NCBI RefSeq assembly: GCF_032444005.1
Contig: NC_091283.1
Coordinates: 341,062,001-341,126,000 of the forward strand
Direction: 5' to 3'
Source: Ranitomeya imitator
Taxonomy: Eukaryota
DNA: 64,000 nt
In this document: positions 24,301 to 35,902 of the stretch, one piece after another
Layout of the letters: each line of letters starts with the position of its first letter
How positions within the stretch are numbered: the stretch's first letter is position 1
Program-made: the position numbers and the translations under genes
Notes under the pieces: generated by a model
Told to the model about the DNA's origin: nothing
The model's input: only the letters and a program-made list of their open reading frames with translations
Database searches by the model: none

Positions 24301-25288
24301 CTGTGCCATATATGCTCTGCACCGTTCATTATGGCCCCATATATGCTCCTTATAATGCTGTGCCATATATGCTCTGCACCTTTGATTATGGCCCCATAGG
24401 TGCTCCTTATAATGCTGTGCCATATATGCTCTGCACCTTTGATTATGGCCCCATAGGTGCTCCTTATAATGCTGTGCCATATATGCTCTGCACCTTTGAT
24501 TATGGCCCCATAGGTGCTCCTTATAATGCTGTGCCCTATAGAATGCGGCTGCAATAAAAAAAAAATCACATACTCACCTCTCTTGTGGATGATGTGGAGC
24601 GTATATCTGCAACTCCAGAGAATCCAACAAGACTGAGAAAACACTGACACAGTCTAAGCTGGACAAGAGAAAATAAATGAATAGCACAGAATTATTAAGC
24701 AAAAATAAAAATCACATACTCACCTCTCTTCTCAGGACGCCGGCGCTTTCAATAATTACCTGCTCCTCTGCGGCTCCGTCTCCAGCACTGACGCTCAGCA
24801 GAGGGCGCGCACTGACTACGTCACAGCGCCCTCTAACCTGAGTGTCACTGCTAGAGGACGCTGCAGACGGAGCCGCACCGGAGCGAGGAGCAGGTAATTA
24901 TAGCGCTGCGCTCCCCTTACTTGCTGCGGCGCGGTCCCTGCAGTCCCTGGCTTCTCCGGCGCTGCGGCTTCTTCCTGTAATTGAGCGGTCACATGGCACC
25001 GATCATTTACAGCAATGAATATGCGGCTCCTCCCCTATGGGGGTGGAGCCGCCTATTCATTTCTGTAATGAGCGGTGCCATGTGACCGCTCAGTACAGGA
25101 AGAATCTGCAGCGCCGGGGAAGCCAGGGACTGCAGGGACCGCGCCGCAGCAAGTAAGTATAACTACACAGCCCCCGCTCCCCCTCCCCTGCCGACACCCG
25201 GGTATATGACTCGAGTATAAGCCGAGAGGGGGACTTTCAGCCCAAAAAAGTGGGCTGAAAATCTCGGCTTATACTCGAGTATATACGG
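21342..25288. mobile_element. pogo/Tc2-like non-autonomous TA-TSD element carrying a 3-kb minisatellite
   Basis: TA TSD at 21340-41 and 25289-90; TIR CCGTATATACTCGAGTATAAGCCGA at both ends; no transposase. Confidence 0.88.
21490..24540. repeat. 57-bp minisatellite (some 60-bp variants), about 52 units
   Basis: Unit atgctctgcacctttgattatggccccatagatgctccttataatgctgtgccatat. Confidence 0.97.
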
Positions 25289-25349
25289 TACATACGTATT
25301 CTAGAATACCCGATGCGTTAGAATTGGGCCACCATCTAGTGTGTATATA

Positions 25350-26938
25350 CAGTGGGGCAAAAAAGTATTTAGTCAGTCAGCAATAGTGCAAGTTCCACCC
25401 CTTAAAAAGATGAGAGGCGTCTGTAATTTACATCATAGGTAGACCTCAACTATGGGAGACAAACTGAGAAAAAAAAATCCAGAAAATCACATTGTCTGTT
25501 TTTTTTATATTTTTTTTTGCATATTATGGTGGAAAATAAGTATTTGGTCAGAAACAAACAATCAAGATTTCTGGCTCTCACAGACCTGTAACTTCTTCTT
25601 TAAGAGTCTCCTCTTTCCTCCACTCATTACCTGTAGTAATGGCACCTGTTTAAACTTGTTATCAGTATAAAAAGACACCTGTGCACACCCTCAAACAGTC
25701 TGACTCCAAACTCCACTATGGTGAAGACCAAAGAGCTGTCAAAGGACACCAGAAACAAAATTGTAGCCCTGCACCAGGCTGGGAAGACTGAATCTGCAAT
25801 AGCCAACCAGCTTGGAGTGAAGAAATCAACAGTGGGAGCAATAATTAGAAAATGGAAGACATACAAGACCACTGATAATCTCCCTCGATCTGGGGCTCCA
25901 CGCAAAATCCCACCCCGTGGGGTCAGAATGATCACAAGAACGGTGAGCAAAAATCCCAGAACCACTCGGGGGGACCTAGTGAATGAACTGCAGAGAGCTG
26001 GGACCAATGTAACAAGGCCTACCATAAGTAACACACTACGCCACCATGGACTCAGATCCTGCAGTGCCAGACATGTCCCACTGCTTAAGCCAGTACATGT
26101 CCGGGCCCGTCTGAAGTTTGCTAGAGAGCATTTGGATGATCCAAAGGAGTTTTGGGAGAATGTCCTATGGTCTGATGAAACCAAACTGGAACTGTTTGGT
26201 AGAAACACAGCTTGTCGTGTTTGGAGGAAAAAGAATACTGAGTTGCATCCATCAAACACCATACCTACTGTAAAGCATGGTGGTGGAAACATCATGCTTT
26301 GGGGCTGTTTCTCTGCAAAGGGGCCAGGACGACTGATCCGGGTACATGAAAGAATGAATGGGGCCATGTATCGTGGGATTTTGAGTGCAAACCTCCTTCC
26401 ATCAGCAAGGGCATTGAAGATGAAACGTGGCTGGGTCTTTCAACATGACAATGATCCAAAGCACACCGCCAGGGCAACGAAGGAGTGGCTTCGTAAGAAG
26501 CATTTCAAGGTCCTGGAGTGGCCTAGCCAGTCTCCAGATCTCAACCCTATAGAAAACCTTTGGAGGAAGTTGAAAGTCCGTGTTGCCAAGCGAAAAGCCA
26601 AAAACATCACTGCTCTAGAGGAGATCTGCATGGAGGAATGGGCCAACATACCAACAACAGTGTGTGGCAACCTTGTGAAGACTTACAGAAAACGTTTGAC
26701 CTCTGTCATTGCCAACAAAGGATATATTACAAAGTATTGAGATGAAATTTTGTTTCTGACCAAATACTTATTTTCCACCATAATATGCAAATAAAATTAT
26801 AAAAAAACAGACAATGTGATTTTCTGGATTTTTTTTTCTCAGTTTGTCTCCCATAGTTGAGGTCTACCTATGATGTAAATTACAGACGCCTCTCATCTTT
26901 TTAAGTGGTGGAACTTGCACTATTGCTGACTGACTAAA
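25350..26938 (+). mobile_element. Full-length Tc1 transposon (family D, copy 1); last ~18 bp hidden in the N-run
   Basis: TA at 25348-49, TIR CAGTGGGGCAAAAAAGTATTTAGTCAG; the inverted copy runs into the gap at 26939. Confidence 0.95.
25718..26740 (+). CDS. Intact 340-aa Tc1 DD34E transposase
   Basis: ATG to stop uninterrupted; paired-like HTH N-terminus, [28 protein letters not shown] (34-residue spacing). Confidence 0.93.
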   Translation: MVKTKELSKDTRNKIVALHQAGKTESAIANQLGVKKSTVGAIIRKWKTYKTTDNLPRSGAPRKIPPRGVRMITRTVSKNPRTTRGDLVNELQRAGTNVTRPTISNTLRHHGLRSCSARHVPLLKPVHVRARLKFAREHLDDPKEFWENVLWSDETKLELFGRNTACRVWRKKNTELHPSNTIPTVKHGGGNIMLWGCFSAKGPGRLIRVHERMNGAMYRGILSANLLPSARALKMKRGWVFQHDNDPKHTARATKEWLRKKHFKVLEWPSQSPDLNPIENLWRKLKVRVAKRKAKNITALEEICMEEWANIPTTVCGNLVKTYRKRLTSVIANKGYITKY

Positions 26939-27080
26939 NNNNNNNNNNNNNNNNNNNNNNNNNNNNNNNNNNNNNNNNNNNNNNNNNNNNNNNNNNNNNN
27001 NNNNNNNNNNNNNNNNNNNNNNNNNNNNNNNNNNNNNNNNNNNNNNNNNNNNNNNNNNNNNNNNNNNNNNNNNNNNNNNN
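26939..27080. other. N-run, 142 nt
   Basis: Direct count. Confidence 0.99.
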
Positions 27081-28693
27081 TGGACAGACAACATTTTTCT
27101 AATTTTGGTTATAGACATTACCACAATGAATTTTAAACAAAACAATTCAGATGCAGTTGAAGTTCAGACTTTCAGCTTTCATTTGAGGGTATCCATATTA
27201 AAATTGGATGAAGGGTTTAGGAGTTTCAGCTCCTTAACATGTGCCACCTTGTTTTTAAAGGGACCAAAAGTATTTGGACAGATTAAATAATTTTAAATAA
27301 AATGTTCATTTCTAGTACTTGGTTGAAAACCCTTTGTTGGCAATGACTGCCTGAAGTCTTGAACTCATGGATATCACCAGATGCTGTTTCCTCCTTTTTG
27401 ATGCTCTGCCAGGCCTTCACTGCAGTGGTTTTCAGTTGCTGTTTGTTTGTGGGCCTTTCTGTCTGAAGTTTAGTCTTTAACAAGTGAAATGCAATGAATG
27501 CAGTGCATTGGGTTGAGGTCAGGTGACTGACTTGGCCATTCAAAAATATTCCACTTCTTTGCTTTATTAAACTCCTGGGTTGCTTTGGCTTTATGTTTTG
27601 GGTCATTGTTCATCTGTAGTGTGAAACAACGACCAATCAGTTTGGCTGCATTTGGCTGGATCTGAGCACACAGTATGTCTCTGAATACCTCAGAATTCAT
27701 TCGGCTGCTCCTGTCCTGTGTCACCTCATCAATAAACACTAGTGACCCAGTGCCACTGGCAGCCATGCATGCCCAAGCCATCATGCTGCCTCCGCCGTGT
27801 TTTACAGATGATGTGGTATGCTTTGGATCATGAGCTGTACCACGCCTTCGCCATACTTTTCTCTTTCCATTATTCTGGTAGAGGTTGATCTTGGTTTCAT
27901 CTGTCCAAAGAATGTTCTTCCAGAACTGTGCTGGCTTTTTTAGATGTTTTTTAAGCTAAGTACAGTCTAGCCTTTTTATTCTTGATGCTTATGAGTGGCT
28001 TGCACCGTGCAGTGAACCCTCTGTATTTACTTTCATGCAGTCTTCTCTTTATGGTAGATTTGGATATTGATACGCCGACCTCCTGGAGAGTGTTGTTCAC
28101 TTGGTTGGCTGTTGTGAAGGGGTTTCTCTTCACCATGGAGATTATTCTGCGATCATCCACCACTGTTGTCTTCCGTGGGCGCCCAGGTCTTTTTCCATTA
28201 ATGAGTTCACCAGTGCTTTCTTTCTTTCTCAGGATGTACCAAACTGTAGATTTTGTCACTCCTAATATTGTAGCAATTTTTCGGATGGGTTTTTTCTGTT
28301 TTCGCAGCTTAAGGATGGCTTGTTTCACCTGCATGGAGAGCTCCTTTGACCGCATGTTTACTTCACAGCAAAACCTTCCAAATGCAAGCACCACACCTCA
28401 AATCAACTCCAGGCCTTTTATCTGCTTAATTAAGAATGACATAACGCAGGGATTGCCCACACCTGTCCATGAAATAGCCTTAGAGTCAATTGTCCAATTA
28501 CTTTTGGTCCCTTTAAAAACAGGGTGGCAAATGTTAAGGAGCTGAAACTCCTAAACCCTTCATTCAATTTTAATGTGAATACCCTGAAATGAAAGCCGAA
28601 AGTTTGAACTTCAACTGCATCTGAATTGTTTTGCTTAAAATTAATTGTGGTAATGTCTATAACCAAAATTAGAAAAATGTTGTCTGTCCAAAT
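27081..28693 (-). mobile_element. Tc1 family A, copy 2 (frameshifted transposase; both tips in N-runs)
   Basis: Reverse-complement match to 5734-7381; ATG at 28355; ORF pieces 27951-28394 and 27470-27784. Confidence 0.93.
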
Positions 28694-28843
28694 NNNNNNN
28701 NNNNNNNNNNNNNNNNNNNNNNNNNNNNNNNNNNNNNNNNNNNNNNNNNNNNNNNNNNNNNNNNNNNNNNNNNNNNNNNNNNNNNNNNNNNNNNNNNNNN
28801 NNNNNNNNNNNNNNNNNNNNNNNNNNNNNNNNNNNNNNNNNNN
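28694..28843. other. N-run, 150 nt
   Basis: Direct count. Confidence 0.99.
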
Positions 28844-30406
28844 TTAAAGGTTTTTCTGTATTTTCATGACTACGAAAATTGTACATTCAAACTGGAGGCA
28901 TGAATTAATACATGTGGAATTATAAACTTAACAAAAAAGTGTGAAACAACTGAAAATATGTCTTATATTCTAGGTTCTTCAAAGTAGCCACCTTTTGCTT
29001 TGATGACTGCTTTGCACACTTGGCATTCTCTTGATGAGCTTCAAGAGGTAGTCACCGGCTATGGTTTTCACTTCACAGGTGTGCCCTGTCAGGTTTAATA
29101 AGTGGGATTTCTTGCCTTATAAATGGGGTTGGAACCATCAGTTGTGTTGTGTAGAAGTCTTGTGGATACACAGCTGATAGTCCTACTGAGTAGACTGTTA
29201 GAATTTGTATTATGGCAAGAAAAAAGCAGCTCAGTAAAGAAAAACGAGTGGCCATCATTACTTTAAGAAATGAAGGTCAGTCAGTCCGAAAAATTGTGCA
29301 AACTTTGAAAGTGTCCCCAACTGCAGTTGCAAAAACCATCAAGCGCTACAAAGAAACTGGCTCACATGAGGACCGCCCCAGGAAAGGAAGACCAAGAGTC
29401 ACCTCTGTTTCTGAGGATAAGTTTATCCGAGTCACCAGCCTCAAATCGCAGGTTAACAGCAACTCAGATTAGAGAACAGGTCAATGCCACACAGAGTTCT
29501 AGCAGCAGACACATCTCTACAACAACTGTTAAGAAGAGACTTTGTGCAGCAGGCCTTCATGGTAAAATAGCTGCTAGGAAACCACTGCTAAGGACCGGCA
29601 ACAATCAGAAGAGACTGTTTGGGCTAAAGAATACAAGGAATGGACATTAGACCAGTGGAAATCTGTGCTTTGGTCTGATGAGTCCAAATTTGAGATCTTT
29701 GGTTCCAACCACCGTGTCTTTTTGCGATGCAGAAAAGGTGAACGAATGAACTCTACATGCCTGGTTCCCACCGTGAAGCATGGAGGAGGAGGTGTGATGG
29801 TGTGGGGGTGCTTTGCTGGTGACACTGTTGGGGATTTATTCAAAATTGAAGGCATACTGAATCAGCATGGCTACCACAGCATCTTGTAGCAGCATGCTAT
29901 TCCATCCAGTTTGCGTTTAGTTGGACCATTATTTATTTTTCAACAGGACAATGACCCCAAACACACCTCCAGGCTGTGTAAGGGCTATTTGATGAAGAAG
30001 GAGAGTGATGGGGTGCTACGCCAGATGACCTGGCCTCCACAGTCAACAGACCAAAACCCAATCAAGATGGTTTGGGGTGAGCTGGACCGCAGAGTGAAGG
30101 CAAGAGGGACAACAAGTGCTAAGCATCTGTGGGAACTCCATCAAGATTGTTGGAAGACCATTTCCGGTGACTACCTCTTGAAGCTCATCAAGAGAATGCC
30201 AAGAGTGTGCAAAGCAGTCATCAAAGCAAAAAGTGGCTACTTTGAAGAACCTAGAATATAAGACATATTTTCAGTTGTTTCACACTTTCTTTGTTAAGTA
30301 AATAATTCCACATGTGTTAATTCATAGTTTTGATGTCTTCAGTGTGAATTTACAATTTTCACAGTCATGAAAATACAGAAAAATCTTTAAATAAGGTGTG
30401 TCCAAA
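28844..30406 (+). mobile_element. Tc1 family B, copy 1 (disrupted transposase MARKKQLSKEKRVAII...)
   Basis: ORF fragments 29212-30261 with WSDESK, QQDNDPKH and WPPQS; inverted terminal sequences run into both N-runs. Confidence 0.92.
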
Positions 30407-30535
30407 NNNNNNNNNNNNNNNNNNNNNNNNNNNNNNNNNNNNNNNNNNNNNNNNNNNNNNNNNNNNNNNNNNNNNNNNNNNNNNNNNNNNNNNNNNNNNN
30501 NNNNNNNNNNNNNNNNNNNNNNNNNNNNNNNNNNN
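30407..30535. other. N-run, 129 nt
   Basis: Direct count. Confidence 0.99.
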
Positions 30536-30619
30536 AAGTATTTGATCCCTTTGCTGATTTTATAAGTTTGCCCTCTGACAAAGACATGAACAGTCTATAA
30601 TTTTAAGGGTAGGTTCATT
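30536..30619. mobile_element. Probable TIR fragment of a further Tc1 family
   Basis: aagtatttgatccctttgctgatttt resembles the AAGTATTT-containing Tc1 TIR start seen in family D; no transposase follows. Confidence 0.5.
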
Positions 30620-30623
30620 TTAA

Positions 30624-30990
30624 CCCTTTTGCGCCTGAGCTAGTTTTTGCCTTCGTGAGTGGGACAATTTTTTCAATTCTGACCACTGTCACTTTATGAG
30701 GTCATAACTCTAGAACGCTTCAACAGATCCTGGTGATTCTGAGATTGTTTTTGAAACATAATTTTTTTTGTTTGTTAGGAAGTTATAACGGTTAAAAGTT
30801 GAGCGATTTCTCATTGTTCCAACAAACATTTTTTTAGGGACCACCTCACATTTGAAGTGTTTGGGGGGTCAATATTACAGAAAATACCCACAAAGAGACA
30901 CCATTCTAAATACTGCACATCTCAAGGTACTAAAAACAACATTCAAGACGTTTATTAAGCTTTCAGGTGTTCCACAGGAATGAATAGAAT
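30624..30990. mobile_element. Terminal fragment of the piggyBac-like non-autonomous family
   Basis: TTAA|CCC at 30620-30626; reverse-complement similarity to 15720-15847 (tctgaccactgtc...ataactct...cagatcctggtgattctga). Confidence 0.65.
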
Positions 30991-30994
30991 GTGG

Positions 30995-31215
30995 AATAAT
31001 AATAATAATAATAATAATTTTATTTATATAGCGCTAACATATTCCGCAGCGCTTTACAAATTATAGAGGGGACTTGTACAGACAATAGACATTACAGCAT
31101 GACAGAAATCACAGTTCAAAATAGATACCAAGAGGAATGAGGGCCCTGCTTGCAAGCTTACAAACTATGAGGAAAAGGGGAGACACGAGAGGTGGATGGT
31201 AACAATTGCTTTAGT
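30995..31215 (-). mobile_element. 5'-truncated L2-type LINE 3' end
   Basis: (AAT)n tail followed by ttttatttatatagcgc...ttccgcagcgctttaca, which I recognise as a typical amphibian L2 3' terminus. Confidence 0.62.
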
Positions 31216-32199
31216 CCCCGCCCTGCATGTTTGGCGCTCTTTAGAGAGCAGGGATTGTTTACCACACACTGTAATGCTGTAGCCATCTTGGTTGTGGCAT
31301 TACAGTGATTGGCTGTCCGCACAGCGTCATAAGGTCTATAAGAGACCTGGCGCCGCCCTGCTCGTCGGCTCCTGATTCAGACAGTGTAGGGACAGGTGCT
31401 GCCGAGATAGGGTCAAATTTGGGGGTTTGTCAGTTAGTGTGGGTATACCATCATATTTTACACAAATCCAGCTAAATCAACAGTCCTTCTAAGGGCTAAT
31501 TAAGGAGTATATAGATTGCAGTGCTAGGTAGGCAGGGGAGTGTATGTGGCTCTATACATATCAGTGCAAGGCATGCAGGCACTGTATGTGTGTATATAGA
31601 TATCATTACAAAAGTCAAGAGGGTCCATTCCATTACTTTGTGCTGCTGCTGCCTATTACATATATACCTAACCGCAGATATCAGTGGCTAGGAAGAATTT
31701 TTTTTTGGTATCTAAATCTGATTATTTTATTCCAAAGCAATCCAGAGCCCCCCTTTTTTGTGCTTGTTGACACTGCAGACTACAGCCAGATCCTTTTCAT
31801 AGTACAGCGTGAAAATCCAGCTATTTTAAACGGGTTTGCGCATCCCAGCCATCACATCTGAGTGCGCAGAAAATTCTGGCATTTTTTGTGATACTGTAAT
31901 ATTTTTTGGACTGTCTTATCCGATTTTTTTTACACCTTTTTGCTGCCCAAAAAATATTTAGCTGCCAAACAAATATTTAGCTACAGTTCAGGTATTTAAC
32001 AGTGTTTTGTCCACCACAAGGATCACATGTCATTGTGCTAAAAATTGTACCATTTCAGGCCTCCATAGAAATTTTTGTTTGTTGTGTCACAGCCTACTTA
32101 TTGACACAATTTTGGTGGCTACTAATTTGGGCATTTCAGGCCTACAAACACCATTTTGTGGTGTGTTACTTTAAATATATACAGTTTTCTGTTAAAAAA

Positions 32200-32950
32200 A
32201 AATACAAGCCACATATTGAACATTGTGGTTTCTCTGTCAGACGCTTGATCTATCTGTGTGCTACAAATTGGCATTTCAGGCTTCCATTCACCTTTCTTTG
32301 CTGTGTGTGTTACCCTAGTTCTATACAGTATTTTTCTGTAAAAAAAATAAAAATACAGGCCACATATTGAACATTGTGGTTTCTCTATCAGACGCCTGAT
32401 CTATCTGTGGGCTACAAATTTGGGAATTTCAGGACTCCATTCCACTGTACTTGCTGTCTGTTACCCGAGTTCTATACACTATTTTGGGCTAAAAAATACA
32501 AAATTGTAGGCCACATATTGAACATTGTGGTATCTTTGTCAGACGCCTGATCTATCTGTGGGCTACAAATTTGGACATTTCATGCCTACATTCACCTTTT
32601 TTTGCTGTGTGTTACCCTAGTGTTACCCTAGTTCTATACAGTATTTTTCTGGTAAAAAAAAAATACAGGCCACATAATAAACATTGTGATTTCTCTGTCA
32701 GACGCCTGATCAATCTGTGGGCTACAAATTTGGGCATTTCAGGCCTACATTCACCTTTTTTGCTGTGTGTTACCCTAGTTCTATACAGTATTTTTCTGTT
32801 AAAAAATACAGGCCACCTATTGAACATTGTGATTTCTCTGTCAGAAACCTGATCTATCTGTAAGCTACAAATTTGGGCATTTCAGGCCTACATTCATCTT
32901 TTTTTGCAGTGTGTTACCCTAGTTCTATACACTATTTTGCTGAAAAAATA
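32200..32950. repeat. ~150-bp tandem repeat, 5 copies
   Basis: acattgtg anchors at 32220, 32371, 32522, 32681 and 32824. Confidence 0.88.
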
Positions 32951-34951
32951 CTTTTGTTGCTAATTATTATGGTTGCATTATGACTGTGTCTCAAATGTGC
33001 CAAATACTACCATCATCATCATCTTCTGCCTAGAGGCAGTAACTGCGCAGACAGAAAGTCTTGACGAGCAGAGGGTGAATGCTTGGGTGGTGTTGTACTC
33101 TAGCGGATTACAAAGGCAAGACCTTCTAGATTAAATCATGACTGGAAGAGCCAGAGCAAGAGCATGTCTAACAGCTTGGGGCCATGACTCGCAACGACCC
33201 AAGCCTGGTGTTCCTGGGCCAGATTCTGACCATCCAACATCTATTAATACTGAACTTGTTGGATGAGGACGTCAAAAAGGAGCCCCTGCAGTTTGTAGAA
33301 CAGAAGCTACACATTTTGATATTTCGGCTGGATTTCAAGATGTGTCTATTGGAGAGCGTGGTGGTCGTAGACGTGACTTCCATGATATGTGTGTTTCCAC
33401 TAGACAATCCATCCAACATGTAATTGAATCAAAATCTTTTTTTTCTCGCAACTCTATTCAGCTGTGCACAAACTATGTCAAATTGCTTGTGGGTCTTATC
33501 ACATCTACTATACCAGCATGATAAAGTAATAGGAAAAGCATGTGGTTTTGATGGAGCTGTTCTTTTCTTGCAAAATAAACTAAATAATATCAATGAGGTG
33601 GTTAGCCGCACACACAATGGAGAAATAGTAAAGATTACAATTACTTTCAAAAACAAATTAATAATTACGGTACTTCACTAACTTGCTTTAACTGTTATAA
33701 CATTATATTCTCAAGATGAAGAATATGAAGCAAATAGGTATGAATTATTGTCACCCAAATGATGTTACAGAAGTCAGAACAGACAACCTATCTGTGTGGC
33801 CAGGATTTACCACCGAAATTTAGAATTATGATACTAGTATCATGTTGTGCATTGATGTGAGCCATAAAGTCATTCAAAGTGAAACTTTTCTTGATGTAAT
33901 GTACAATTTGCACTAAAAAAATGGATCACATGCCTTCTATGATGCATGCATTAAAGAACTGATTGGACAGTTTTTTAAGGAGGAAGACGAGGCTGCAGGT
34001 ACCTGTGCTGCACTGGGTCCAGAACTGTCGAGGCTACGTCCCCTGTTTCCCAGGGGAAGGCATAGGGGATCGTACATGTCCCATGATCCAGGAAAAGGTG
34101 GCGTGTTTAGACAATGAACCTGGGCGTAAGCTGAGGGAAAAAGCGCGCAAAGCAGGAGTGAGTAGCAAGGGGAGCAGCGCACTACGCACCTGAACCGCCG
34201 GCGCTGCAATCAGCTGCAGCAGACAGACTAAGATAAAGCGGGTAGGACAGTGGAGACATTTTGCGTGGACAAGCAGCGCGTAGTAGGCTGAGGAGCGTGC
34301 TCCGTCCTTAGAGCACTGGATCTGCAAAGGAATGTTCCCGTTGGCTACAGCCGCTAACAGCGGTACTGCCAGAGAGCGAGGCGACGTGCGTTCTGAGACA
34401 GTGAGTACAACGCACCTGCACAGTAGAGAGAGCCAGTTCATTTAACGTGTCCAGCTTGGATTACCAGCATTACATAAAATTTTTTAAAAGTAGCTGAAGT
34501 TGATAGAAAGCCACAATCTGCGTCCTGCCAGCATTCCTCTGTACACATCTCTGTATTTAGATCACCATTACCATGATCTATTACCCTTCAGCATTTCTCT
34601 GTCTTCAGATCACAGATATCACAAAATGCTTCAGCCGCAGGTCAATAACTATTGCCTATGATTTAACAGTTTTGGATTACATTTATATTTTGTGAAATAT
34701 TAATTAGGCAGAAAAAATGTATTTGTCTAAAACACAGTCGGTGGACAATTCACACCCAATTTAAAGCAATATGAAAGTCTTCAGATCCATTTGTAGGAAT
34801 CCAGATATTTAAACTACAAAACAAAAAAGCTTCTTTTATAAGTTGAAACAGATTATTGAATAAATGTAATCAAATTATTCAACATTTATTTAGCCTCTCT
34901 TGACAGAACTGTACAACCATAATCGTGCTGTATCACAATACTAGAGCAAGG

Positions 34952-35902
34952 TGTGAGGCTGTGGCCTCTGATACAGCTAGGGGGCGCTGTTTGTTCTCCC
35001 CAGAATGTGCATGCAGACGGATGAAGTTCATAGGTGTGCATGAGAGTCACGGATTTCCGGTCCGGGTTTTCCAGGTGGCTGAAGGCCACAGGTTTGTGTG
35101 TGTTTAAAAGCCCTGCAGTAAGGGGTAAGGGTGTGTCAGGTGTCTGGCCAGGTCAGGCCAGGTGTGCGTCAGTGTCGGTCTGGTGTGTGCTGGTCTGCCG
35201 AGTGCATGGAGGCAGAGCCAGCACCCAGGGCAGCTGAATAGCCTGGCACCCGCAGCGTACACAGAGATGCAAGTCGTCCATGGTACTGGTCTCGGATGTG
35301 GACAGTCCTGTTGCCCGGAGGTGGATATCCTGTGCCCGTAGGAGTCGGATGTGGATAGTCCTGTGCCCGGAGGTGGATGTCCTGTACCCGAAGGAGTCGG
35401 ATGTGGATAGTCCTGTGACCGGAGGTGGATGTCCTGTACCTGAAAGAGGACTAGCATGTGTAACGATTGCAAACAGGTGGATATGGTGCCCGGCTGCTAT
35501 CCGGAGGATATCCTGAACTGTGTACGACTGTGTGAGTAAAGAGTCTGTAAAGAGACTGATACAGCGATGCAGGACACCCATGAGAACTAGTCAGAGGAGG
35601 GCTGGCATGTGTAGTGTCTGCAACATATGAGGCTGTGTGTATGGAGACGTATAGAAACTGTGAGATGGCGTGCGGTCGCCCAGGGAAACTGGACAAGGGA
35701 AGTCTGGCCTGTTTAGGGACCGCAAATCTAAAGCCATGTGATATGCATTACTTTGAACTGGTGTAAACTGATCACTGAAGTTATATGCATTTATGTGAAG
35801 TGGACTTTAATGCTGTGAAGAAACACATTAAAAGAGACTTTTTGTGTTTGAATTTGTGGGTCACTGCTTCTTCACTGCGTACGATGCTGCTGCAGCTTTA
35901 CA
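34952..35902 (+). mobile_element. Solo LTR
   Basis: TGTGAGG...TTTACA termini; AAGG TSD at 34948-51 and 35903-06; TATA-like tttaaaa near 35102; ATTAAA near 35827; internal short tandem repeats at 35290-35440. Confidence 0.85.

Larger units (their letters stand above)
20110..25339 (+). mobile_element. Non-autonomous Helitron remnant (3' end intact, 5' end lost), split by the pogo-like MITE
   Basis: Hairpin cccgat-gcgttaga-attggg at 25309-25328, then CTAG at 25336-25339 before T. Removing 21342-25288 joins ataaataaacta to catacgtattctagaa. The left boundary is uncertain and may include a separate element ending ggagccggccctg near 21175. Confidence 0.6.

Noticed and set aside
21490-24540. CRISPR-like regular array
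   Set aside because: Units are contiguous with no unique spacers, there are no cas genes, and the context is eukaryotic.
21458-24650. Very long ORFs (393-980 aa) on both strands
   Set aside because: Translations of a stop-free 57/60-bp minisatellite inside a non-autonomous transposon; no domain, no credible start or splice context.
26864-30587. ORFs containing X runs
   Set aside because: They read through N-gaps and are not real evidence.
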